From an uncultured Gammaproteobacteria bacterium (lineage in GTDB: Bacteria > Pseudomonadota > Gammaproteobacteria > CAWCPV01), in assembly GCA_963797555.1 (NCBI GenBank), contig CAWCPV010000003.1, positions 320,001-384,000 on the forward strand: a DNA stretch of 64,000 bases, written 5' to 3'. A model generated the notes under the pieces. The model was not told the DNA's origin and did not search any database. It saw only the letters and a program-made list of their open reading frames with translations. Every line of letters starts with the position of its first letter. Within the stretch, counting starts at the first letter, position 1. This document shows positions 20,271 through 32,135 of this stretch, piece by piece. Both the position numbers and the translations under genes were made by a program.

Positions 20271-20359
20271 AACCCCACGCGCTGGCGCAGCGCCGCCTTG
20301 AACTCGTTCAGCGGGAGCGCCGCGGCAGAACCGTCACCTCGGGAAAAGAGCCAGAGACG

Positions 20360-20520
20360 GTCGGGATAGAAATGCGTTGCGCGCACAGCCGTAGGGTTCG
20401 GTGGCTCTTCCGCTGGTTTCCCAGCGGCCCTCAGTCCGACCTCCCCTAACTGCCACAGTTCCGCATGCCCCCCTGCGAGCCCGGACAGTGGGATTTCCCC
20501 AGTCCGGTCGGACCTTGACT
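20360..20520 (-). ncRNA. Group II intron 3' fragment (domains V-VI)
   Basis: Near-identical to 23692-23850; DV-like CCGGACTGGGGAAATCCCACTGTCCGG; ends TATCCCGAC. Confidence 0.75.
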
Positions 20521-20599
20521 GACTCTTCAACAGTCACTGGCGCAGATTCCTGTTAAGACAGCCACTTATGGCGAGAAGGCTGGCGTGGCACCAGGACAC

Positions 20600-20969
20600 G
20601 GCGCTGCTGAGTGGATGCGGGGTTCAGGCTTGAGCGGTATCCTCCAAGCGGCGCACCGTCGGCGGCAGGGCCACGCCGACGGCCTGGAAGACCTTGCCGC
20701 AGGTGGCCTTGGCTTCGGCTCGCAGCCCCCTCTCCTGCCACAGCCGCTCGAAGATGAGCGCCGGTCCCACCCGCTCGCAGGTTACTACCGGCTTCTCGCC
20801 TGCGCCATGGGCATCGAGCACCCGCAGCGCCGCGCCGAAGCGAGCCGCCGAGCACCAGAGAGTCCACCTCACCTGAGGCGAGCAGCGTATCCAACCGCCC
20901 CAGCGTGGCGAACACCCGTTGCCGGCAACGCCCGTCCTCCCAACGGTTCTCGACCACCTGAAGGTACAC
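20600..20969 (-). pseudogene. IS1634-family transposase remnant (N- and C-terminal pieces joined)
   Basis: YLQVVENRWEDG...RQRVFATLGRLD and GKVFQAVGVALPPTVR. Confidence 0.75.
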
Positions 20970-21539
20970 CCGATTTTGTCGTCAGACAGGGTGACGTCGG
21001 CCATCATTCGGGTCCGACCGAGCGGAAACTGCCGCAGGCTGCGGGGTATGGGATGTGTTTGGCCGGACGCCGCCGTGTTCGATTTCGGCCGCTGGCGTCT
21101 CAACGAGACGCATCGGCTAGCTCTTCTAAGCGATCGTCCACATCTACTTATTCACGGGGTTCGACAAGCGGATCCGCGTCGCCACCCAGTGGCTTTCGCG
21201 CTATCTCATCTACCAGACTGGCGCGCGGCTAATCACCGGGCCGGAAAGCACCCGCAGTCCGTAGTCGCTGAGCGTTGTGCGGCTGCACGCAAAAGTGTAT
21301 GAACCGTCGGGTATACCGAGCCGCGCCCACCGCGGGCTGCTCGATCCCGTGGCTGCGCGCAAACGGCGGGGCTGCGACGGTGGCGGCGGCTTGATCTGCA
21401 CGTCCCATGGCGTGCACCCTTGAGGAGCCTCCGCGGTGCGTCGCATTTCGCTCCCGACGAACTGGTCAGGGACGCCTTCATCCGCGTGCAGGCCCGCGAC
21501 CGGGTGGAGCGCCATCCAGATCGCCCGGAGGTTCGCAGG

Positions 21540-22170
21540 CCGGCAGCGGAACTTCACCGGAGAGAATTTTTGGGCGCGCGGGTACTTTGTGTCCACGGTC
21601 GGCTTAGATGAGGCGATGGTCAGGGCCTACATCCGGAACCAAGAGCAAGAGGACGAGCGCTACGATCAGCTAACGCTGGGGACATAGGTCCAGCCGCCTT
21701 GGGCGGCTCCCGGTGTTATGGCGCCTTTGAGGCGCTCACCCAATAAGCCCCCGGCTTCGCCGGGGGTGAGTTAACTGGGTCTCGCACCACAGCGCGACTC
21801 ACCGCTCCAGCCCTTTGATATACCCCACGACGTTGGACACCGCATACTTCGGCGGTATGTTCAGGCACATGTGCACGTGATCGGACATCAGGTGGCCTTC
21901 AACCACCTTCGAGTCCTTGTGGCCCGCCAACTCGTGGAAGATCTGTCCCAGGTGGCGGCGCAGCGCCCCGAAGATCCGCTTCTTCCTGCGCTTTCGGGAT
22001 GAATATCACATGGTACTTACAGACCCACTTCGTGTGGCTCAGACTCTGGTACTCTTTCATCGTGCGTCTCCTCCTCTTGGCGGAGATTGGAGATTCACGA
22101 CGACCGTCGTATAGGTCAAACCTCGGTGAGTCCCCCGGCAAAGCCGGGGGCTTACCTCGGGGAGTTAGCC
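21540..22170. mobile_element. Rearranged IS200 tnpA: 3' half on + (21540-21777) abutting 5' half on - (21778-22170)
   Basis: FWARGYFVSTVG on +; GHLMSDHVHMCLNIPPKY (HuH) on -; both end hairpins present. Confidence 0.8.
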
Positions 22171-22288
22171 TGAACCCGCTAGCGCGAGCCGAGGCACAGG
22201 CCCTCGTCTACCGCTTGCCCGAAGCCCTGCCTGACCGGAAAACGCACCTCCGCCTCACGCCCATCGAGTGCCTGAAGCGGCTGGGTCC

Positions 22289-22459
22289 TCATCCCGTTTC
22301 CGCGGGTGCACCGGTCTTCTCATCGACATGCGGCCGGGCGGGGTCGTCCTGGCGCCGCTCGCCCTGTGTTGCAGTCTTCCGCTGCCGCTTTTCCTCCTTT
22401 TTTTGTTTCTTGGCGAGGTCCCTCTGACGCTTCGCGAACGCGTAGTTTGGTTTGGCCAT
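22289..22459 (-). CDS. Small basic protein MAKPNYAFAKRQRDLAKKQKKEEK... (56 aa, below the ORF-track cutoff)
   Basis: AGGAG RBS before ATG at 22459; stop at 22289. Confidence 0.7.
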   Translation of the reverse strand: MAKPNYAFAKRQRDLAKKQKKEEKRQRKTATQGERRQDDPARPHVDEKTGAPAETG

Positions 22460-22749
22460 TTTTTCTCCTATCCAATGGGATTGCGCGGTTAGGGCAAACT
22501 ATGAGAGTCGGTCCTTTTGCCGTGCGCCATTCTCGGCAACGTATAACCATCAGAATGAGGTCGTTGAATAAATCCCCTACTACGGATGAGGTGATAGTGC
22601 TCACCACTACTGTCTGGAATGTTAGTTGAATAGATTAAGTTGGTTATATAATTCCAGAATTTCCGAATTGTGGATCGGAATGCCTTCGACGAGCTGAAGA
22701 ACCCGTGGGGCTGCGGCGGCTTCACCACCCACGCGCCTGCATCGCATCA

Positions 22750-23240
22750 TCAAGAAGCGGCTCGGCATCGGCCCGATCCCGATAGAGTTGGCCCAAGCTG
22801 AGAATCTCGTAATCGGTATTAGTCACCAGCACGGCGTACTCATAGCCGGTGAGGTGCTTGCCGGTCTTTGGATCTGTCTCGATGAATCCCAGCAGTTGCT
22901 GGCCGTTATCGTCCCGTGCAATCAGCACTTCCCCCTGGAGCGGGCGGCGCAACGACGCGCCGAGGCGCCCGCCATCCGCACAAACGCCGACTGCCGTCCT
23001 TGCCTTCCCAGCCTTGACCGGCATCCGTCCAGCCGGCTGACGTAGGGGTGGCCTTCCTCCCACCGGGACCACAGTCCGCCGAGCGTGAGAAATTCGATGC
23101 TGTAACGCCAGTGGCCCCTTCGGCATGGCCGCGCTCTGGATCTCCCAGCGCACCCGCACTCGGCCGCCGCCCGTCTGCACCGCCTCACGCGATGAAACCA
23201 TTTCTTGCGATCTCACCCGCTTCAGTTTCGACTCACCCAA
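22750..23240 (-). pseudogene. DDE transposase remnant (IS1380-like)
   Basis: YEYAVLVTN...LGQLYRDRADAE. Confidence 0.6.
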
Positions 23241-23379
23241 CGGCTCGCCCGCGTCAATGTCTCGGATACCGCAGTCTGCCTAATTCCCGGGCACACTGCG
23301 CTCGGTCAAGGATAATAGCACGGAGACTCCCTCGCCGTGCGTACCACATCAACAACGCTGCCGCATCCGCGCTGCCAAG

Positions 23380-23640
23380 GATGACGAGCTGCCTCCCGTA
23401 CCAAGCCTTCATCGACGCTGATGTGCCGCGGATCGGTTGCGTTCCATGTGGCAAGACCAGCCAGGCCACAGTGTCATTGGCACGCCCCAAATGCGGTTTC
23501 ACGCAACTGCTGGAGGCGCTGTTGGTGACCTTGTGCAAGGCGTGCCGGTAGACACCATCGCGGACGGTTGGGCGACGACGCCCTGCGCGGGTGCTCGACC
23601 ATGACGACGTGAAGCGTGCAGGCACGACTTGAGCGACGTG
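23380..23640 (+). pseudogene. ISL3 transposase fragment
   Basis: YQAFIDADVPRIGC..CGKT...FTQLLEALLVTLCK. Confidence 0.65.
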
Positions 23641-23691
23641 CGCACGTTGGTCCTCTCGCCGCGACACCCGCCGCGAGCAGGCTTCTTGTTG

Positions 23692-24584
23692 GTCGGGATA
23701 GAAATACGGCGCGCGCACAGCCGTAGGGTTCGGTGGCAATTCCACTGGTTTCCCAGCGGCCCTCAGTCCGACTCCCCTAACTGCCACGGTCCCTCGTGCC
23801 CCCCTGCGCTCCCGGACGGTGGGATTTCCCCAGTCCGGTTCTGACCTTGACATGGTGGACCCATGGGTCGCCTTCCCGATACGGGTGAAGCTCAAGTGCT
23901 GACCCACCTACGCCCCTCCCCATAGCGGTTTGCTTCCATGGGCGCCCCGTGGTTCCCCGGCCGTACACTGTCCTGGTACTTCCCTGGGGCGGTCAAGTGC
24001 CCAGAGCCCCTTCGCACGCTCAAGGGGTGACCTCTCGCGTCGTGGCGTCTGGCACCACGTCAACGGGCGTTACCCCGCCTTCATCGCTCCTACGGGCTCA
24101 TGCGCCAGTCCTAATCCCTCCGGCCGCCTACGGTCGATGCCTTGGCCAGCCGGTCTTCGCAGGTTGCGGTCAGCCCCTGCTGGGAGGAGGACCTTCCCGA
24201 GTTTATCTCTGTCGATCTTTCCCCGCGTGTCCGGACCCCTACCCCGGCGCCCATCGGGGTGCGCGTGCTCGTTTCTTCCTCCGAGGCGTTGGCCTTCTCC
24301 CTATCAGGAGCGGATTGGCGGTACACATCATCCCGACAGCGACTTCCGTCGGGGGAGCCTTTCGAGGCTGCAGTCATTTCGTAATGTTCAGACCCGCGGG
24401 TTTGCTAGCCACCCTGGTCGCTCCTACCCTCGTGCCTACCGCACGGAGCAGCTGTGACCTCTACCTCCACGCCTATCACGGTTCGTTACCTCCCCGTGCA
24501 GCGGATATGCTAACCGTCCAAACCGAGCAATTGACGGCAAGGGGACTCTCACCCCTCCAAATCGACAGCCTTCTCGGCTGCTCC
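23692..24584 (-). ncRNA. ORF-less group II intron (~0.9 kb)
   Basis: DV/DVI at 23692-23850; structured 5' region beginning about GGAGCAGCCGAGAAGGCTG; no RT motifs inside; 5' boundary approximate. Confidence 0.65.
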
Positions 24585-24694
24585 CCTGACCCGCCCCTCA
24601 GTTCCCGTGAGTCCGGTACTTCGAACCGGCTACCTCGGGTTCTCTTTGCCGGTAGCACCGACTTACTCACGCATGCGACGGGATCCTCCGCTTT

Positions 24695-24755
24695 CCCTTG
24701 TGTGCCCGGGGCCGGATTCGAACCGGCACGGCCGAAGCCAGAGGATTTTAAGTCC
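24695..24755 (-). repeat. att site of E2: 61-bp duplication of the tRNA-Leu 3' part
   Basis: Identical to 34121-34181. Confidence 0.95.
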
Positions 24756-24873
24756 AGAACTCGGCTGCTACACCAGTCTGCACAGAATTACCCGCCACTT
24801 CACGGGACAACGCGTTCCGGGGCATACTACACTTCACGGCACTACCGCAAATTGCACGGTTTTACTGCTCAAA

Positions 24874-24895
24874 CATAGCACCGGCATAGCACCGG
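24874..24895 (+). repeat. Putative integrase arm-type sites C(A/C)TAGCACC (also 34067-34086)
   Basis: 11-bp-spaced pairs just inside both att ends. Confidence 0.6.
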
Positions 24896-24927
24896 ATCGG
24901 CCCCGAACACAGAGGATTCTGCATCCT

Positions 24928-26162
24928 ATGCGCGTCAACTTCACCGCTCAGACCATAGCACGCCTAGCACCGCCCGAGCGCGGCCGGGCGTTCCACTACG
25001 ACGCCAAGACGCCAGGGCTCGCGGTCCAGGTAACCGCCGCCGGCACGCGGACCTTCTACGTCTACCGCTGGGTACAAGGCAAGCCCGAGCGGACCCGACT
25101 GGGCACATTCCCCAGCATGACGGTGGAGATCGCCCGAGCCCGGGCCGCGGAGGTGAACGCCATCATCGCCAGGGGTGAGAGCCCGCGGGCCAGGAAGAAG
25201 GACAAGAAGGCTCGCGCGGTCACCTTGGGCCAGGTATTCGAGGACTACCTTACCGCTCACGACCTCAAGCCCGGCACCGTCTACGACTACCGCAAGGTGG
25301 TACGGACGGCGTTTGCCGACTGGCTGGCATTGGCCGGTGACCGACATCACCCGTGACATGATCTCGGCCCGGCACAAGAAGCTTGAGCACACCAAGGCGA
25401 CAGCAAACAAGGCCATGCGCGTCCTTCGGGCGTTGCTCAACTTCGCCAGCGCCAAACTGGAGGACGCCCAAGGACACCCCCTCATCACGGACAACCCCGT
25501 GAAGCGGCTGTCGGCTACCCGCGAATGGTACCGGGTGGAACGCAAGCGCACCCTCATCAAGCCTCACCAGCTTGGTCCGTGGTTCCGGGCCGTGGCATCG
25601 CTCGCCCCAGGGCGCGACACCGGGACCGAGGCCGTGACGCGGGACTATCTGCAGTTCGTCTTGTTCACCGGCCTGAGGAAGGGTGAGGCCGCCCGCCTAG
25701 AGCTGGCCGACGTGGACATCGAAGGCCGGTCCTTCATCATCCGCGACACGAAGAACCGGGATCCCCACGAGCTGCCCATGCCCGAGTTCGTCCTGGAGCT
25801 CCTCGCCCGCAGACGGCAGGCCGCGGACGGATCGGCCTTCGCGTTCCCAGGGGAGCGAGGCGGATGCTTGAGCGACCCGCGGCGCCCGATGGCCGCAGTC
25901 ACCGCGCAGAGCGCGAGTCGCCTTCACGCTCCACGATCTCAGAAGAACCTTCATCACCGTGGCCGAGTCGCTGGACATTCCGGCCTATGCACTCAAGCGA
26001 CTGTTGAACCACAAGCCCGGCGCTGACGTGACGGCCGGCTATATCGTCATGGACACCGAGCGGCTACGCGAGCCCATGGAGCGGATCGCGCGGTATCTGC
26101 TCAAGGCCGCCGGGCTCGAACCGAGCGCGGAGATCGTGGATCTGGCCGAGCGCACCGCGTGA
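24928..26162 (+). CDS. int: P4-like tyrosine integrase with arm-binding domain (two apparent frameshifts)
   Basis: YDAKTPGLAVQVT..GTRTF...LGTFPSMTVEIAR, TGLRKGE, TKN, HDLRRTF and LLNH...VTAGY motifs. Confidence 0.9.
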
Positions 26163-26590
26163 TCGCTCGACCCGGATCACCTCGCAGCACTCGCCCAGAA
26201 GCACCTCGGGGACGAGGTGGACGGGCCAATAGCCGAGGCCCTGATGCAGCAAGCCGAAGTCCTACAGGGACGCCATGGAGCTGGGGGACATCGAGGAAGC
26301 CGTACAGGCCGCGTTCGTCTGCGGTAAGTTCATTGCCATGCTCGCCCCAGGCCATCGCCACCGATCGGCGCACACGGCACGAAGCCTTCAAGCGGCGCAT
26401 GTGGGTGGACGTGCGGACCTATTGGCTACTGCGCGAGGTAGACGAGAGGATCGGCCGCGGCATGGACATCAGCACCGCCTGTCGGGCCGTCGCCAGACGC
26501 CACGATGGCGTTACCTTCGCCGCGCTGCGCCAAGCCTACCATCGGCGCAAAAAAGTTGTGACACGAGGTAGAGTCACAACTTAGCTACTC
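26159..26590 (+). CDS. Hypothetical protein, possibly with a C-terminal HTH (frameshifted)
   Basis: Overlaps the int stop; ISTACRAVARRHDGVTFAALRQAYHR. Confidence 0.4.
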
Positions 26591-26632
26591 TCTAAGCTAC
26601 TCGCGTGCCACCAAACTGCACGAGGGAAGCTG

Positions 26633-26848
26633 ATGATGGACCACCGCAAGACCGGCGACCGTTTGACGCGTCGCCAAGCCGCTAGATACCTTGGGCTGAG
26701 CCCGCACACTCTGGAGGTGTGGGGAACGACTGGACGCTACAACCTGCCGTTCATCAAGGTCGGCCGAGTCGTGCAATATCGCATGGCAGACCTTGACGCC
26801 TTCCTGGAGCGCAGAACGAAGCGCTTCGACTCGGGCGAGGCTGCCTGA
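26633..26848 (+). CDS. AlpA/excisionase-like HTH protein
   Basis: LTRRQAARYLGLSPHTLEVW...LPFIKVGRVVQYRMADLDAFL. Confidence 0.9.
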   Translation: MMDHRKTGDRLTRRQAARYLGLSPHTLEVWGTTGRYNLPFIKVGRVVQYRMADLDAFLERRTKRFDSGEAA

Positions 26849-27224
26849 CCATGGCCGCCCCGAGATCGCGGGCAGGCCCCGGGCCCCAGAAACGAGACGC
26901 GGCCCCGGTGGGACGAGCACCGGTGAGGCGCGCAGGGAGAGCACAGACCAGACGAGACCCCGCCAGCATACCACAAAGGCCTGCGTCGCGTGCGAACGCC
27001 CGAGCCGTGCCCGGACGCCTCCTCTGTGCGGAGCACCAGCGTCGCGCTCACCAGGCTTCCGGGACGCTGCAGTGTGTGCGGAGACGCCACAGACCTCGAG
27101 AGCCGACTGTGCCAGCTCCACCTGCGCGAAGTTGGGGATGCCGCGGGATGGGCACCGCAGCGCGGCTGGAGCACAGCTACCACGAGCGAGACGACCACGA
27201 GGACCTGCCACGCTGGCTACAGCA

Positions 27225-27650
27225 TCTGCACGCTGATAGACCGTCTCGAAGGCGTCCGGGAGACCGGGCCCGGGCGCTGGATAGCACGCTGTCCGGCACA
27301 TGAGGACTAAGCTGCCGTCACTGAGCATCCGGGAGACCGCCGATGGCGTGATCTTGCTGCGATGCTTTGCCGGCTGCGACGTTAACGCTGTCGTCGCTGC
27401 CGTCGGGCTGGAGCTGTCCGCATCTCTTCCCGCCGCGACCGGCTAGCACTACCGAGGACCTCTGCCGAGGTCCCAACGCCCGAGCCTCACCCTGCGCGAA
27501 GCCGTCGCGCTCATCCGAGAGTCGACGCTCATCATCGTCATGGCTGCTGGCGAGATCGATGCTGGCCGTGAGATTAGCGCGGCTGACCGCGCCACGGTCC
27601 TGAAGGCTGGCGAGGATATTTTTCGCGTGCTGGGCGAGGTGGAGCCATGA
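27225..27650 (+). pseudogene. Primase zinc-binding-like protein with an in-frame stop at 27308
   Basis: LEGVRETGPGRWIARCPAHED*LPSLSIRE..DG.ILLRCFAGC. Confidence 0.75.
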
Positions 27651-29140
27651 GCCAGCGCGGCGAGACATTGGCCGACAAGGCGAGGCGGAAGCTGGACGAG
27701 GAGGAGCGGCGAAGGGCGAACGGTGGAGCGGCGGAGGATGCCAGCGGGATCACGGACAGCGACCTTGCGAACGCCTGCCGCCTGGCACGTGACCACGGGC
27801 AGGATCTGCGCTATACGCCCGAATGCGGATGGATGGTTTGGGACGAGCAACGCTGGGCAGCGGATGAAGCTGCCGCCATGCGCAGGGCCAAGGCCGCCGC
27901 CGTCGCCATATTGGACGAGATCAAGCATGCCGGCCCCGGCCAACAAAGCGACCTCTTCAAGTGGGCGCGCCGTTGCAGTCCGCCGAGCGGCTGCGCGCCA
28001 TGTTGTTCCTCGCGCAGATCCGAGTTGGGATCGGTGCCCGGTTCGGCGACTTCGACCGTGATCCGTGGTTGCTCGCCGTCGCGAACGGCACCGTGGATCT
28101 TCGCACTGGCAAGCTGCTGAAGCACCGGCGGAGAAGACCTTGATCGCGAAGCTGTGCCCTGTTGCCTACAGACCCGCAGGCCAAATGCCCGTCATGTGGG
28201 AGGCGTTCCTTCGCCGCGTCATGCCCAGCGACGAGATGATCGCCTACGTTCGTCGCGCCGTAGGGTATTCCTTTGACCGGCACCACCGGAGAGCAGGTTT
28301 TGTTCTTCTGCTACGGGCTTGGCGCGAACGGCAAGACCGTATTCCTGGAGACGGTCCAGGCCCTGCTAGGCGAGTACGGCCGCACCACACCCACCGAGAC
28401 GCTGATGATCAAGCAGGGCGGAAGTAGGGAATCGAAAATGACGTGGCGCGGCTGGCCGGCGCCCGGTTCGTTGCGGCGAATGAGACCGCGGACGGGAAGC
28501 TTCTGAACGAGTCGCGCATCAAGGACTTCACGGGCGGAGAACGCACAGCCCGACCGGTTTTTGAACCGGGAGTTCTTCGAGTTCCGTCCGCTGTTCAAGC
28601 TCTGGCTTCGAGGCAACCACCGCCCGCAGATCCGCGGCACAGACGAGGAGAATCTGGCGCCGCATCCACTTGATCCCCTTCGAGGTGCGCATCCCCCGAG
28701 TCGGATCGGGACCCCGAGCTGATCGACAAGCTCGCGGCCGAGCTGCCGGGCATCCTCGCTTGGGCCATCGAGGGCTGCCGGCTCTGGCAAACCGCCGGTG
28801 CTTCAGCCACCGGCGTGCGTGCGAGCGGCGACCACGGAATACCGGCGCGAGATAGAATCTATTGGGCGAGTTCCTGGAGGAGCGGTGCGTCTGCGGCCCG
28901 GACAAGCGATGCGTGGCTGGGGGATCTGTACGCCGCGTATCGGGAGTGGTGCGAGACCGCCGGACAACACCCTGTCAGTCAGATGCGGTTTGGAACCGCC
29001 ATCGCAGAGCGTGGCTTCAAGCGGGACAAGGACCGGCGCGGACGGAAAGATCTACGTCGGGATCGGCATTCTCTCGGGTGAGGAAACCCCCATGGCGGCG
29101 GTGAGGACCCCACCCCTGATGACGGACACGACGGACAGTT
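27647..29140 (+). pseudogene. P4-family (D5-like SF3) primase/helicase, multiple frameshifts
   Basis: TDSDLANACRL..HGQDLRY, VANGTVDLRTG, GLGANGKT and [15 protein letters not shown] motifs. Confidence 0.85.
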
Positions 29141-29227
29141 AAGACCACTTTTTCCGGATCCCCCTTATTCGAGCGACGTTGTAAAGCAGAACCCCGATAA
29201 AGTGGTCAAACCGTAGGTCGTGTCCGT
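29121..29227. promoter_or_regulatory. Candidate replication origin of E2
   Basis: Nested inverted repeats ACGGACACGAC/GTCGTGTCCGT and GACCACTTT/AAAGTGGTC at the helicase gene end. Confidence 0.45.
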
Positions 29228-29406
29228 GCGTTGAGAAATGAGTGACCCGGCTCAGATGACCACCTCGCGCGCTGTAGGGATTGCTCTAACTACGTTGGGA
29301 CAGCACGCTGTCGGGCGGAGGAGTACAGCGGCCGGCCGGACGAGCTGAAGGATTGTGCGAGCTTCGATGACCGCGGACCATCGCGGACCGACCTGAGGGA
29401 CGAGGC

Positions 29407-30365
29407 ATGACCAACGCCCTGACTCCACCGCCCGATCTCGCGGTCGTCATCGAGCGCTTGTTCCGTGGCGTCAACCGAGAGCGCATCGCCCCGAGAGCTG
29501 CTCCGCATCGTCCACCAGCTGCGGGACTACTGGCCGCTTGACGGTGAGTCAAGTCTATTACCAAGCCGTCGCGCAGCGGTTGCTTGTGAACCGTCTGAGC
29601 CGAGTACAAGCGGGTATCGATGCTCCTAACTATACTGCGCCGTGAGGACGTTTTGCCTTGGCGCGCCATCGAAGACCGAACCCGGCGCACCATCGACAAG
29701 CGCGGTGTGCCCGACCTGCAAGCGTTCGTGGAAGAGCAAATGGAGGATTTCATGGATTGGCGTTACTACCATCGCTGCCTCGTGCGGGATCAGGAAGTGT
29801 ACGTCGAGGTGGCCACGGAAAAGGATGCTCTGGCGCGGATCTTCGAGGAAGCGGTATGGCCTTATTGCGTGCGGCTCAACATCGTACGCGGTCAGGTTTC
29901 CGCTACGATGGTGCATGACATGGGCGAGCGCTTCGGGCGCGCAGTCATGAATGGGCCAGACGCCGATACTGCTCTACTTCGGGGATTTGGACGCTTCCGG
30001 GGTTTGCATCCCGCGCGCCTTGCGCGATAACCTGGAAGAGCACCACAGCGTTTCGGTAGATCTGCGCCGGCGTTGCGCTGACGCCGCAACAAGTGATCGA
30101 GCACGCGTTGCCAACGTCGATAGAGGCGGCAAAACGCACGGACCCGAACTACAAAGCCTGGGTCAGGGAATACGGCGATCAACAGCCGGTCGAACTGGAC
30201 GCGCTGCATCCTGAACTGATGACGCGGATCATTACCGACGCTCTGGAGAACACACTGGACATGACCACCATGGACGAGCAGCAGAAGATCGAGACCCGTG
30301 AGCGCGACATCCTGCGGACCATGCGGCGTAGCGTCGAGGACTTCCTTGGAGGCGCGGTTCCCTGA
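29407..30365 (+). pseudogene. Topo VI-A/Spo11-like Toprim protein, frameshifted
   Basis: VEVATEKDAL, RGQVS, ILLYFGDLDASG and VELDALHP motifs. Confidence 0.7.
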
Positions 30366-30379
30366 GGTGTTCCGTTATG

Positions 30380-30721
30380 GGTACTAGTACCAACATGCCC
30401 CACCGGACACAAAAAAGGTCCGCGTGCGGACCTTTTCCACTGACGCAGCACAATCCTGGGTTGGTGCGTGGTCAAAAAAAAAGATCCGCATGCGGATCTT
30501 TTTCCACCATCCCAACGCGCCGCAGAGTTCCGCCGCCAGACTGATGGCCAGGGCGTGGAAGGCTTGGTGTGCAGGGATGCGAGTGTTGCGCTGGGCACGC
30601 AAATTGCCCGAATATTCGGGCAATTTCGGCCTTCCCCTCTGCTCCCCCTGCACATCGCCAGACTGATGGCCATCGCCAAGCACCCGCGGCTCGCAGATCG
30701 GAACTCATGGTTCCGATTTGC
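30380..30721. repeat. Cluster of five palindromes
   Basis: GGTACTAGTACC (30380); AAAAGGTCCGC-GT-GCGGACCTTTT (30413); perfect 26-mers at 30478-30503 and 30601-30626; ATCGGAAC-N5-GTTCCGAT (30697). Confidence 0.9.
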
Positions 30722-30724
30722 CGC

Positions 30725-30787
30725 AAAGGTACTCCCAGCCCTCCCCAATTACGGCACCCAAGCCGGCAAAGAATGCCTAGCGTAACG
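30725..30787 (+). promoter_or_regulatory. Lambda-like cos candidate of E2
   Basis: AAAGGTACTCCC...CCCCAATTACGGCACCCAAGCC...CTAGCGTAACG, homologous to 9157-9219. Confidence 0.55.
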
Positions 30788-30810
30788 CCTTCAATAGGAC
30801 TTCATTCCCA

Positions 30811-31164
30811 ATGACCACCACCGGCAAATTCGTGACCCGCTCCGAGCTGGCCAAGATTTTTGGTGTGACCGAGCGCACGATTAGCGCCTGGGGACAGGAT
30901 GAATCGTTCCCTGTAACGCGGATCGGCGCCATCAAGAAACGACTGCAATTCGACACCAAGGAGGTCATCGACTGGTACGTGCAACGTGAGGTGGCAAAGC
31001 TCAGGCCGAACGGTAAATTATTAGACCCGGAGAACGAGCGGGCTTTGTTGTGGCGCGCCCAACGGCTTTACAACGAGAGGCGCACGGAGGACATTAACGC
31101 TGAGGTTGCCAGGCGCACCAGTTCGGCCATATTCACGGCTGCGCGAGTCGCCCGAGACCATTAG
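30811..31164 (+). CDS. terS: Terminase small subunit, Nu1-like (probably continues past a frameshift)
   Basis: VTRSELAKIFGVTERTISAW...FDTKEVIDWYV...LDPENERALL. Confidence 0.8.
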   Translation: MTTTGKFVTRSELAKIFGVTERTISAWGQDESFPVTRIGAIKKRLQFDTKEVIDWYVQREVAKLRPNGKLLDPENERALLWRAQRLYNERRTEDINAEVARRTSSAIFTAARVARDH

Positions 31165-32135
31165 AAAACTTACCGTTTCGTGTCTCTGCGGAGTTGCTTG
31201 GCAAGACCTCTCGGGAGATCGAGGATAGACTCATATCGGAGATTCACACGCTTTGTCCGAGCTGGTAGGGCGCGGCCGCTCGAATGAAGCATTACCCACC
31301 ACCACCACAAGGAGACCAGCAGATGTCAGCATAGAGACGGTTCTGACTTCAGAGCCCGAGCTTCGTGTAGGGATGGCGCGCGCGGATTCACTGCGATCGG
31401 ATATCGCCGCCGCGGGTGACCTTGCTGCGTTCGTTGTGGATCGAGATTGAGCCGCACGTGCGCAAGGCTGATATTCCTGCCGTGTTTGCGGCGTTTCAGG
31501 TCAGCCGAGGGCGAGTTGGCCGAGCGGATCTCAGCTCGTTGCTGGCGACGCCACGAACGCGGCCATCGGCGCCAAGCCTCCGCGAGGCCGCCGACGGCCT
31601 CACCGATACGCGATGTAGGTAGGGTGAGACTGCCGCCAATGTTGGCGCCAGATCGTCTGTGCCTGCTTGTTGCGCTCCTCCTTCTTCAGCAATGAGCCGC
31701 CAGCGCCTCGCCAGCTGGCTGAAACGCTGGCCGAGCGACACGATCTGGCGCTCGGGGAGTGGCTTCGTGAGTCGCTTGGCACGGTGCTGAAGGCGGGTGC
31801 TGACCTTGGATGTCGCGCGCTGGATCTGTCGTAGGATCTGCGCGCTCGTGCGGCTTCGGGACAGTGCACATCAGTCGCCTTGGCCGAGATCCGGTGGACC
31901 CGACCGGCGCGAGTTCGACGTGGGCTGTCGCCGGCATGGTCGTCGGCCGACTCTGCGATCGCCGTTCGAGCAGTCGGTGACGTTGGTGCAGGCCGTTTCT
32001 GCCGATCCTGGCCTTCGGGATGCCATGTTCCGACTTCGCGACGCCACGATATCTACGAGATACTGAAAAATCATCCGCGAACGATTGCAGCTCCGGGCGT
32101 GGTCCAATAGCGCATCGAGATAGAGGAGCAGACCG

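Noticed and set aside
21100-21540. Possible integron-integrase or IS66 remnant (RYTRRFIHFC)
   Set aside because: Too short and degenerate to assign; no attC array seen
16191-22170. TnpB/IscB RNA-guided nuclease with the IS200/IS605 copies
   Set aside because: Right-end hairpin follows tnpA directly; no RuvC or Zn-finger ORF
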